The notes under the pieces: model-generated
What the model was told of the DNA's origin: nothing
What the model saw: only the letters and a program-made list of their open reading frames with translations
Database searches by the model: none
Shown here: positions 30,733-38,661 of the stretch, piece after piece
How positions within the stretch are numbered: position 1 is the first letter of the stretch
How the letters are laid out: each line of letters opens with the position of its first letter
Made by a program: the position numbers and the translations under genes
NCBI GenBank assembly: GCA_045533895.1
Contig: JAZSIT010000147.1
Location: forward strand, 1-43,299
From: Eubacteriales bacterium
Lineage (GTDB): Bacteria > Bacillota > Clostridia > Oscillospirales > CAG-382
Direction of reading: 5' to 3'
Length of the DNA stretch: 43,299 bases

Positions 30733-31845
30733 TTATTGCTTGCCTGCCTTTATATAACGTCCTCCTGCGGCGGCGATTATTGCACCGTCCAGTTCAAGAG
30801 TGGTAAGCAGCTCATATATTCTGTCAATGGAAACGCCGGTCTTATCCGAAAGTTCGGTTGCCGTTGCGGGACCCTCGCATATTATCTTCAAAAGTCCCAA
30901 TTCGTCCGTATCCTTGGTTTTAGTCTGTACGGGCGGTGTTATTTTTCTGCCGTAGCTTTTGGTTTTGGTTACGGTATATGCAGTTACGGGTATGCGCAAG
31001 GTGGGATCATTTAACTGCATATTCTCCATTACCTCCGCAGGGGAAGAAACGGACACCGCGCCGTCAAGCATTACGGTTACCCTGCCCGCCACAAAATATA
31101 CGGGCTTGTTTTGCTGGATCGCCCGTTTTGCGGTGATTATTGCACCGCTTCCCTCCGCCGCCTCAACAACCAAGGTACAATCGGACAGGGCGCTTATTAT
31201 ACGGTTGCGGGCAGGAAAGGAATATCTGCCCACGTCTGCGCCGGGGGAATATTCGCTTATAACCAGACCGCTTTTATACATTGTGTGGAAAAGCCGCACG
31301 TTTTCGGGCGGATAGACTTTATCTATGGGTGTTCCCAAAACACCTACCGAAACGCCGCCGTTCATAAGCGAAGCGTTGTTCGCGGCGCCGTCTATGCCCT
31401 TGGCAAGTCCGCTTATAACGGCGATACCCGCTTTGGCAAAACTTTCCGCATACACCTTTGCGTATTCCATTCCCGCTTCAGTGCAGGTCCTCGTACCGAC
31501 GATGGCAACTGCCTGCTTATTTTTAAGGCGGGAAATATCCCCGTAGCAAAAGAGCATTACCGGCGGGTCAGGTATCTCACGCAGGGCGGGAGGAAAATCC
31601 TCATCGTGGTATGTAACAAATCTTATACCACGGTTAACGCAGGTTTTATATATCTCCAGCGAAGCTGAAAGATCTTTGTTGCAAAGTCTGTCCTGATATT
31701 TTGAATATCCCTTGGGCAGGAAAGAAAAATCTCTGCACTCATACACCTCAACAGCCGAGGAAAATTTGTTAAAAAGATAATCCGTAAAACGGTTGGCGGC
31801 ACCGACGATACGTTGCAGCCATATATAATAAAGCCTTGAATCCAT
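30733..31845 (-). CDS. dprA: DNA-processing protein DprA
   Basis: AIVGTR, ISGLAKGID, FPARNRIISALS, C-terminal winged helix. Confidence 0.96.
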   Translation of the reverse strand: MDSRLYYIWLQRIVGAANRFTDYLFNKFSSAVEVYECRDFSFLPKGYSKYQDRLCNKDLSASLEIYKTCVNRGIRFVTYHDEDFPPALREIPDPPVMLFCYGDISRLKNKQAVAIVGTRTCTEAGMEYAKVYAESFAKAGIAVISGLAKGIDGAANNASLMNGGVSVGVLGTPIDKVYPPENVRLFHTMYKSGLVISEYSPGADVGRYSFPARNRIISALSDCTLVVEAAEGSGAIITAKRAIQQNKPVYFVAGRVTVMLDGAVSVSSPAEVMENMQLNDPTLRIPVTAYTVTKTKSYGRKITPPVQTKTKDTDELGLLKIICEGPATATELSDKTGVSIDRIYELLTTLELDGAIIAAAGGRYIKAGKQ

Positions 31846-32615
31846 TATCCCCGTGTCATCTCCCAGATTATAATAGATGCGGCAGCGGCAGCGTTAAGGC
31901 TTTCGGTTTTTCCGGTCATGGGAATTATGACAGATGCATCTGCCAGTTTTTTTATCTCCTCGGAAATACCTTTTCCCTCGTTGCCGATAATAAAGCTATC
32001 GCCTTTATTGATTTTGAATTCGCCCAAAGTGAGGGAATTTTCATAAAGCGCCGCGGCGTATACTTTGCCGTATTTTTTTGCGTTATTCACCGCCTCCGAA
32101 AAGGACGACGGAATATATATGTTTGCGGCAAACACCGCGCCCATTGAGGCGCGGAGCGTCTTGGGGTTAAAAACATCTGCGCAATCGGGGGAAAGGACTA
32201 TTCCTTCTACGCCCAGAGAGACCGCAGTTCTTATTACGGTACCCAGATTACCCGTATCACGCAAGGATTCCAAAAACAATACGGAACCGTGGTCGGGATA
32301 CTGCCTGTCAAAGAGAAGCCGGTTGCAAACACACAGTATACCCTGGGGCGATGATTCGGTAGACATTTTCTCAAATACGCTGTCCGAAACAAGGGTCTTT
32401 ATATCCTCCGGAAAGGCAGAAAGAAAACCGGAATACATATCACACGCTTTATTGGTGAAATACACACGCAAAGGCAAGCCGCAATGGCGGAGATATTCTT
32501 CCGCAAGATGTATTCCCTCTATAAAAAACAGACCCGTACGGGCGCGTTCTTTACTTTCCTTAAGGCGTACCACTGCTTTAATCTGTTCATTGTTTCTGGA
32601 GGTTATCTCGTTCAT
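31845..32615 (-). CDS. TrmH/SpoU family RNA methyltransferase
   Basis: ITSRNN, D.GNLGTVIRTA, IIGNEG.G, IPM.G.TESLNAA. Confidence 0.94.
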   Translation of the reverse strand: MNEITSRNNEQIKAVVRLKESKERARTGLFFIEGIHLAEEYLRHCGLPLRVYFTNKACDMYSGFLSAFPEDIKTLVSDSVFEKMSTESSPQGILCVCNRLLFDRQYPDHGSVLFLESLRDTGNLGTVIRTAVSLGVEGIVLSPDCADVFNPKTLRASMGAVFAANIYIPSSFSEAVNNAKKYGKVYAAALYENSLTLGEFKINKGDSFIIGNEGKGISEEIKKLADASVIIPMTGKTESLNAAAAASIIIWEMTRG

Positions 32616-32658
32616 CGTCGTTTTCCCAAGACAAAAAAATATACTATTATTATATTAA

Positions 32659-32687
32659 ATAATAGTACATTCTTTTTTTATTGTCAA
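32659..32687 (-). promoter_or_regulatory. sigmaA promoter upstream of trmH-dprA-topA block
   Basis: TTGACA-N17-TATTAT, -35 overlapping the prmC stop. Confidence 0.7.
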
Positions 32688-33544
32688 CACTTTTTTCCTA
32701 AAACTACACGGTCAATTCCATGGTTGTCTCTCAAAACCGCCACAGAGAAGCCTGCCGCCTTAAGAATTGCCGAAACATCCTGTGCTTGACCTATACCTAC
32801 CTCGTAGCATATAACGCCATCGGGAGCAAGTATTATAGGCAGATTGCGTGTTATCTCGCGGTAAAACTTAAGCCCGTCCTCGCCGCCGTCAAGTGCTGTT
32901 TCCGGCTCAGACAGCACGTTTGCGTCCAGTCCCGGAATATCATCGGTGGGAATATAGGGCGGGTTGCTTACCACAAGGTCAAACTGTCTTCCGTTGGCTG
33001 TAACAAGGTCCTCATAATCCTCGGGGTCAAGTGCATCAAATCTTTTAACGGTTACTGAAGGAAGGTCTTTAAGGTTTTCCTCTGTATACGGAATAGCTTT
33101 TCTGGACAATTCAAGTGCAAAACCGCGCACATCGGGACGCTCGGAGGCAATAGCTGCGGAGATACATCCGCTTCCCGAACAGATATCCGCAAAACAACCG
33201 TCCTTGGGAATAGCCTTCATAGCCGCCTGCGCCAGTTTTTCGGTATCTCCTCTGGGGATAAATACGCCGGGGCCCACCTTCATCTCTCTGCCGTAAAACC
33301 AACAGCTTCCCATAACGTACTGAACAGGGACACCCATGGCTATCTGCTGAAGGGAATCAGCCATACTTACGGGGAGTTCGGGAGGAATATTATCCTCCAG
33401 CTTAAGATACAGCTTGCTTCTGGGAATAGAAAGATGATGGCAGAGAAGAATATCGATTATCTCTGTTATCTCTCTTGCGTTGTCCTCCGAGCAGCCTTCG
33501 GTAAGATTCTTTTTTATTTCATATCTGTATTCGCCGATATTCAT
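32684..33544 (-). CDS. prmC: Release factor glutamine methyltransferase PrmC/HemK
   Basis: PVQYV.G...FYG, VFIPR.DTE, DICSGSG, SNPPYI, ALDGGEDGL.FY. Confidence 0.95.
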   Translation of the reverse strand: MNIGEYRYEIKKNLTEGCSEDNAREITEIIDILLCHHLSIPRSKLYLKLEDNIPPELPVSMADSLQQIAMGVPVQYVMGSCWFYGREMKVGPGVFIPRGDTEKLAQAAMKAIPKDGCFADICSGSGCISAAIASERPDVRGFALELSRKAIPYTEENLKDLPSVTVKRFDALDPEDYEDLVTANGRQFDLVVSNPPYIPTDDIPGLDANVLSEPETALDGGEDGLKFYREITRNLPIILAPDGVICYEVGIGQAQDVSAILKAAGFSVAVLRDNHGIDRVVLGKKC

Positions 33545-34608
33545 TTACTTTCCTCCGCAGGTGCGTTTTCTTCGGTATTTTCTTCCGTGTTTTCCTCAAC
33601 TGCATCCTCAGTGGGAACAACAAAATCAGGGAATTCTGCGGGAAGTGCGGATTTTATGGAGCAAATTGCCACTTCCATCATGCTGTCATCAGGCTCGCGG
33701 GTGGTAATACGTTGCATCCACAGACCGGGAGCGGAGAATATTTTGGTAAACAAATTATCGTGCTTGCCTGCGTACATAACGTACTCGTAGTCGATACCCA
33801 CAACAAGGGGAAGCGCAATTAACTTTACGAGAACGATAAACCATCTCTCCCCTACGGGTGCCATAGGGAATACTGCGCTTACAGCCCAGAGAATGAGAGA
33901 GTTTACAAGAATTGAAACTATAAGCACCAAAAACATAAAGGAGGTGCCGCAACGAGGGTGGAAACGGGTATGCTTGCGCACGTTTTCCACGGTAAGCTCC
34001 TCGCCGGATTCATAGCAATCTATACTCTTATGCTCTGCGCCGTGGTACATATACACACGCTTTATATCGGGAATAAACGAAGTGAGTCCGATATAGCCGA
34101 TAAAAATAAGTATTTTAAGTACGCCGTCAACACATCTGGATGCAAAATGGAAATCCGTATCCTCAACCTTAAAAATAAGGTCGGATATAAACGAAGGCAG
34201 CCACATAAACAGCACCAACGCCAAGGCTACACCTAAGACAACCGCTATGGCTGATATGACCTTCATCAGTTTATCGCCTAACTTTTCGGTTATCCATTTA
34301 TCAAATTTGCTCTCGCTCTCCATCTCGTCGATACCCAGCAGCTCGGTAGCTTCTGTCATAGTACCCATGGAAAGCATAAGTGTTTCCACGAAATTCACTA
34401 TACCGCGAATGATAGGTATACGGAGAAAAGCGCTTTTTTCTTTTATGGATTTATGTTTCTTTTTTCGTACGGTTATCTTTCCGTTGTCTGTACGGCGGAC
34501 AGCCATGGCAATATCGTTGCCGCTTTTCATCATTACGCCTTCCATAAGCGCACTGCCGCCCACCCTGCCCAAACGGCAGGAAATTTTATTATCGGATTTC
34601 TTTGACAT
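33541..34608 (-). CDS. DUF1385 (YqhQ-like) membrane protein
   Basis: GG.A.MEGVMM, YHGAEHK, RFHPRCGTSF, PGLWMQRITTREPD. Confidence 0.93.
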   Translation of the reverse strand: MSKKSDNKISCRLGRVGGSALMEGVMMKSGNDIAMAVRRTDNGKITVRKKKHKSIKEKSAFLRIPIIRGIVNFVETLMLSMGTMTEATELLGIDEMESESKFDKWITEKLGDKLMKVISAIAVVLGVALALVLFMWLPSFISDLIFKVEDTDFHFASRCVDGVLKILIFIGYIGLTSFIPDIKRVYMYHGAEHKSIDCYESGEELTVENVRKHTRFHPRCGTSFMFLVLIVSILVNSLILWAVSAVFPMAPVGERWFIVLVKLIALPLVVGIDYEYVMYAGKHDNLFTKIFSAPGLWMQRITTREPDDSMMEVAICSIKSALPAEFPDFVVPTEDAVEENTEENTEENAPAEESK

Positions 34609-34624
34609 ATTTTGCCCTCCCGAC

Positions 34625-34674
34625 TTGAAATCTTAACAAATAGATATTATAATAAAAACAAAGTGAAAAGTAAA
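34625..34674. promoter_or_regulatory. Overlapping divergent sigmaA promoters sharing a palindromic -10 region
   Basis: Plus: TTGAAA(34625)-N17-TATAAT(34648-53); minus: TTTACT(34674)-N17-TATAAT(34651-46). Confidence 0.65.
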
Positions 34675-34705
34675 CAGTAATTTGTAAATAAATTTGGAGG
34701 AGCAA

Positions 34706-35041
34706 GTGGAAAACACACTATTTACAAAAAAAGACAGTGGTTTTGTTTGTCTTAACTGCGGAAAAGAAGTTCCGCCGCTGGGATATTCGTCCAGAAACCA
34801 TTGTCCCTTTTGCCTTTGCTCGCGCCACGTAGACATTAATCCGGGGGACAGAGCAAGTGAATGCGGCGCGGTTATGGACCCTGTTGAAGTACGCACAGAG
34901 GCAAAAAGAGGTTTTGTTATAACACACAAATGCAGAAAGTGCGGTTTCAAACGGGTGAACGGCAGCCAAAAGGACGATGATACCCGGTTACTTATAGAAT
35001 ACACCAATCCATATAATATTCCAAAAGGAGGAGGAAAATGA
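34706..35041 (+). CDS. RNHCP domain protein
   Basis: F.C..CG..V, SRNHCPFCLCSRHVD..PGDRA..CG..M; GTG start after GGAGG. Confidence 0.9.
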   Translation: MENTLFTKKDSGFVCLNCGKEVPPLGYSSRNHCPFCLCSRHVDINPGDRASECGAVMDPVEVRTEAKRGFVITHKCRKCGFKRVNGSQKDDDTRLLIEYTNPYNIPKGGGK

Positions 35042-36069
35042 AAAAATTTCTTAAACGCTTTTACGATGCCGCATTCTCACCCCTTCTCTGCGCGGTACTG
35101 GGATTTATCGGTGCTTTATGCATAACTCCCTTTTCCGGGGTTGCCACCGCCTTGCCCATACTTCCCCTTTGCGCTTTGGCGGCAGGATTTCTTAAAATGA
35201 ATCCCACGGTGAAAATACTGTTTTTTGCATTATGCGGAGGATTGATGCGAGCAGGATATTCTGCGGAAGTGACAGACATTTTAGTATTCGCCCTTGTTTG
35301 CGCCGCCTGTGTCGCACTGGGGCATTATACGGTGCTGCTGTTCAAAAACAAAAAATACCGTTTCTGGGCTGTAATTCCTCTCGGAGTTGCTTTTGCAATA
35401 CAAATGGCGTTTGGCGGAAACTTGGTTTCGTATATCAATGCGAAAAGCGCAACTGATAATTATGTCAACTCGCACTACGACGGCGAGAACGAAGACGTGG
35501 GCGGACTTGAATATCATTATATTTCCCGCACTTGGCGCAGGGAAATAAAATCTTTGCCCGTACCCGTGGTTGTGGGTGAATTGGTTGTTTGCAAGAATTA
35601 TGTCAGAGATGATTATGTAAACAAGGTCGAGGTTTATCTTATGACGGAGCAACGCGCCGCAGTCGCAAATGCCCTGCGCGCCGCTTTCCCCGACGGTTCA
35701 TTTAAGGTAGAAGCAGAAAAGATTTACGGATACCCCGATAGTGACGTTTTCACCACCGACAAAGCTGATTATACAGACAGAATGGTGTTTGCTGTATATC
35801 TGGGCGCGCTGACAGACCAAGAAGGATTTCTTAGCACTGCTTCTCTTTACCGCAAGGCTCTGGAAAACGCAGGAGTTGATGCGGCGCAGATAATATTCCG
35901 TGGCGGCGGACACGGCTTGTACCCTATGGAGGAGGTATATTTTGAGTCTCCTCTGCAAAACACAAGAATAAAATATAACTGCGGAAGCGTATTTTATCCC
36001 CTTCAGAGAGAGCTTGACAAGTACTTCGGAAATGAACAAATTGTATATATTAAAGGAGAAAAACAATGA
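35038..36069 (+). CDS. Hypothetical membrane protein (about 5 N-terminal TM plus soluble C-terminal domain)
   Basis: 4-nt ATGA overlaps with both neighbours, strong RBS, hydrophobic N-terminal third. Confidence 0.8.
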   Translation: MKKFLKRFYDAAFSPLLCAVLGFIGALCITPFSGVATALPILPLCALAAGFLKMNPTVKILFFALCGGLMRAGYSAEVTDILVFALVCAACVALGHYTVLLFKNKKYRFWAVIPLGVAFAIQMAFGGNLVSYINAKSATDNYVNSHYDGENEDVGGLEYHYISRTWRREIKSLPVPVVVGELVVCKNYVRDDYVNKVEVYLMTEQRAAVANALRAAFPDGSFKVEAEKIYGYPDSDVFTTDKADYTDRMVFAVYLGALTDQEGFLSTASLYRKALENAGVDAAQIIFRGGGHGLYPMEEVYFESPLQNTRIKYNCGSVFYPLQRELDKYFGNEQIVYIKGEKQ

Positions 36070-37847
36070 AAAGCAGACGCGAAATGAATCCCGAATATAT
36101 GTGGGATTTTACACACATTTATCCTGACAAGGCTGCTTGGGAAAATGCACTTGCAGAGGCTGACCGTCTTACGGATACCATTCCTGCCGTAAAAGGCACT
36201 TTGGGCAACAGCGCGGAAAGTCTTAAGGCGGCTTTGGACCTGCTGGCACAGACAAATCAGGCGGCAGAGCTTCCCTATATCTACGCTATGCTATATAAGA
36301 GCGCAGATAATTCCGATAACGAAGCGCAGGAAATGGAAGCAAAGGCTATGATGCTATTGGTAAAGCTGGGCACAGTATGCTCTTTTATCGAGCCCGAGAT
36401 ACTTTCCATACCCGAAGAAACACTTAAAGAATACATGGCTGACGAAGATCTTGCTACCTACCGCCATATGATTGAAGATATATCAAGAGGCAGAGCGCAC
36501 GTCCTTGACGAAAAGAGCGAAAAGCTGCTTGCACAGATGGGCGATATAACCAACGTGCCCGACGATTGCTTTACCATGTTCTCTAACGTTGATATTGAGC
36601 TTCCTTGTATCACCGACGAAAAGGGCGAAAAGGTACAGCTTACCAACGGCAACATGGGTATTTACCGCGAAAGCAAGGACAGACGAGTTAGAGAAGAGAC
36701 CTTTGAGGGTTATTTCGGCACATACAAAAAGTACGTAAACACCGTTGCGGCAATGTATGCGGGCAACGTGAAAATAGATAACTATTTTGCCGAAGTGCGC
36801 GGCTACGAAAGCGCTTGCCACAAGGCACTCTTCGGCGGCAATATTCCCGTTTCCGTATACGATTCTCTTATTGAAGCGGTTCACGGCGCACTTCCCACTA
36901 TGAAGAGATATATACAGCTCCGCAAGGAAACTCTGGGTCTTGAAAGCATTGATATGTTCGACCTTTACACTCCCATGATCGAGGACGTGGACTTTACCGT
37001 CACCTATGATCAAGCAAAGGATATGGTAAAGAAAGCACTTCTCCCTCTGGGCGAAAGATATCAGGAGCTCCTCGACAAGGCTTACGCTGAGCACTGGATG
37101 GACGTATACGAAAACAAGGGCAAGCGTTCAGGCGCATTCTCCTGCGGCGTATACGGCGTGCATCCTTACGTACTTCTTAACTATACCGACAGTCTTGACG
37201 ATGCGTTCACTATGGCTCACGAGCTGGGACACGCAATGCACTCTTATCTGTCCTCCGAAAAGCAAGATTATGTTAACCACAATTACCGCATAATGGTAGC
37301 TGAAGTGGCTTCTACCGTAAACGAAGTTTTGCTTACCATGTACCTGCTTAAGAACGAGACAGACAAGAAGCGCAAGGCGTATATACTCAATCATTTCCTT
37401 GAAGGATTCCGTACAACCGTATTCAGACAGACACTTTTCGCTGAATTTGAGCGTAAAGCCCACGATATGGCGCAGGCAGGCGTTCCTCTTACACCCAAGG
37501 CTCTGTGCGATATTTACCACGGTCTTATTTCCCTTTACTACGAGGGAGCGGGTATAAACGATATTATGCAGTACGAATGGGCATATATCCCCCACTTCTA
37601 CACGGCATATTATGTCTACCAGTACGCTACCGGATTTTCAAGCGCAGTTGCTATTGCAAGGAATATTCTTGAGACGGGCGATGCATCCGGATATCTTGAA
37701 TTTCTTACCACCGGCGGAAGCGATTATCCTCTTAACGAGCTTAAGATAGCAGGCATCGACCTTACCAAGCCCGAAGCGGTGAGCAGTGCGATGAAAGTGT
37801 TTGACGATACCGTAACCGAACTGAAAGAGCTTCTTTCCGAAATATAA
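36066..37847 (+). CDS. pepF: Oligoendopeptidase F (M3B)
   Basis: WD...IY, GKRSGAFS, HPYVLLN, HELGH zinc motif, AEVAST.NE, IPHFY..YYVYQYATG. Confidence 0.97.
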   Translation: MKSRREMNPEYMWDFTHIYPDKAAWENALAEADRLTDTIPAVKGTLGNSAESLKAALDLLAQTNQAAELPYIYAMLYKSADNSDNEAQEMEAKAMMLLVKLGTVCSFIEPEILSIPEETLKEYMADEDLATYRHMIEDISRGRAHVLDEKSEKLLAQMGDITNVPDDCFTMFSNVDIELPCITDEKGEKVQLTNGNMGIYRESKDRRVREETFEGYFGTYKKYVNTVAAMYAGNVKIDNYFAEVRGYESACHKALFGGNIPVSVYDSLIEAVHGALPTMKRYIQLRKETLGLESIDMFDLYTPMIEDVDFTVTYDQAKDMVKKALLPLGERYQELLDKAYAEHWMDVYENKGKRSGAFSCGVYGVHPYVLLNYTDSLDDAFTMAHELGHAMHSYLSSEKQDYVNHNYRIMVAEVASTVNEVLLTMYLLKNETDKKRKAYILNHFLEGFRTTVFRQTLFAEFERKAHDMAQAGVPLTPKALCDIYHGLISLYYEGAGINDIMQYEWAYIPHFYTAYYVYQYATGFSSAVAIARNILETGDASGYLEFLTTGGSDYPLNELKIAGIDLTKPEAVSSAMKVFDDTVTELKELLSEI

Positions 37848-37859
37848 AATTATCTTTTA

Positions 37860-37895
37860 CAAGTCCTCTGTTTCAAAAAGCAGAGGACTTGCTTT
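37860..37895 (+). terminator. Terminator after pepF
   Basis: CAAGTCCTCTG-TTTCAAAAAG-CAGAGGACTTG-CTTT. Confidence 0.8.
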
Positions 37896-37925
37896 GTATA
37901 ATACTGTCCCGTGCTGGCAAAAATA
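37896..37925 (+). promoter_or_regulatory. sigmaF-type (forespore) promoter upstream of mazF
   Basis: GTATA-N15-GGCAAAAATA fits the B. subtilis sigmaF consensus GYATA-N15-GGnrAnAnTw at all positions. Confidence 0.6.
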
Positions 37926-37965
37926 GTTTAGCCGGAATAAACTGAAAACGGGGCGATGATAAAAA

Positions 37966-38343
37966 GTGAATGAACAAACTGTAATACGGCGCGGAGATAT
38001 ATATTATGCGGACCTTTCACCGGTGGTAGGTTCGGAACAAGGGGGAATAAGACCCGTCCTGATCGTACAAAACGACGTGGGTAACCGACACAGCCCCACG
38101 GTAATTGCCGCCGCAATAACATCACAAACAGGAAAAGCGAGACTTCCCACACATATAGAAGTAACCGGAAGCAGTATAAAAATGGGCAGCGAAAACGGTT
38201 GCGGTCTGGCGAAAAACTCCATAATTTTACTGGAACAAATACGTACTCTGGACAAAAAGCGACTCAAGGACAAAATGGGGCATCTTGACGAAGACACCAT
38301 GCGGCAGGTCAACGAAGCGCTTAACGTAAGCTTTGGATTATAA
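37966..38343 (+). CDS. mazF: PemK/MazF family endoribonuclease (NdoA-like), no adjacent antitoxin
   Basis: [51 protein letters not shown]. Confidence 0.96.
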   Translation: MNEQTVIRRGDIYYADLSPVVGSEQGGIRPVLIVQNDVGNRHSPTVIAAAITSQTGKARLPTHIEVTGSSIKMGSENGCGLAKNSIILLEQIRTLDKKRLKDKMGHLDEDTMRQVNEALNVSFGL

Positions 38344-38348
38344 CTAAT

Positions 38349-38382
38349 AAGGGCATCCTTTGGAGGAATGCCCTTTGTTTTC
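38349..38382 (+). terminator. Terminator after mazF
   Basis: AAGGGCAT-CCTTTGGAGGA-ATGCCCTT-TGTTTT. Confidence 0.8.
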
Positions 38383-38421
38383 GTTAAAAGAAAAAATATA
38401 AAAATAATAGCAAAAAAAGTA

Positions 38422-38449
38422 TTGACAAATTTGTTTTTGTGAGTATAAT
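38422..38449 (+). promoter_or_regulatory. sigmaA promoter of tRNA gene
   Basis: TTGACA-N16-TATAAT with upstream A-tracts, typical of stable-RNA promoters. Confidence 0.85.
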
Positions 38450-38462
38450 AGTGAATGTTCAC

Positions 38463-38545
38463 GCGGCTGTGGCGGAACAGGCAGACGCGCACGTTTGAGG
38501 GGCGTGTGGGCAACCGTATGGGTTCAAGTCCCATCAGCCGCACCA
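38463..38545 (+). tRNA. tRNA-Leu(GAG)
   Basis: Acceptor GCGGCTG/CAGCCGC, anticodon arm CACGT-TTGAGGG-GCGTG, long variable arm, T arm ATGGG-TTCAAGT-CCCAT, encoded CCA. Confidence 0.96.
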
Positions 38546-38580
38546 AAATCCAAGTCTTCGGACTTGGATTTTTTGTTTTT
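38546..38580 (+). terminator. Terminator after tRNA
   Basis: AAATCCAAGTC-TTCG-GACTTGGATTT-TTTGTTTTT. Confidence 0.9.
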
Positions 38581-38606
38581 ACAGTTCTTTCTCTGCACAA
38601 GATAGG

Positions 38607-38635
38607 TTGATTCTTTATTAAAAATACTGTATAAT
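38607..38635 (+). promoter_or_regulatory. sigmaA promoter of DUF4855 gene
   Basis: TTGATT-N17-TATAAT. Confidence 0.65.
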
Positions 38636-38661
38636 ATCAGTGTTTTAAGGAGGTAACGCTT

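Noticed and set aside
34633-35007. 124-aa minus-strand ORF
   Set aside because: Antisense to the RNHCP gene, which has clear motifs and RBS
37905-37955. Possible RNA antitoxin/hairpin (GTCCCGT...ACGGGGC) upstream of mazF
   Set aside because: Short, G-U dependent pairing; no tandem repeats as in type III antitoxins; overlaps the predicted promoter
38004-38600. 198-aa minus-strand ORF as a possible antitoxin
   Set aside because: Runs through the tRNA, promoter and mazF antisense; not antitoxin-like
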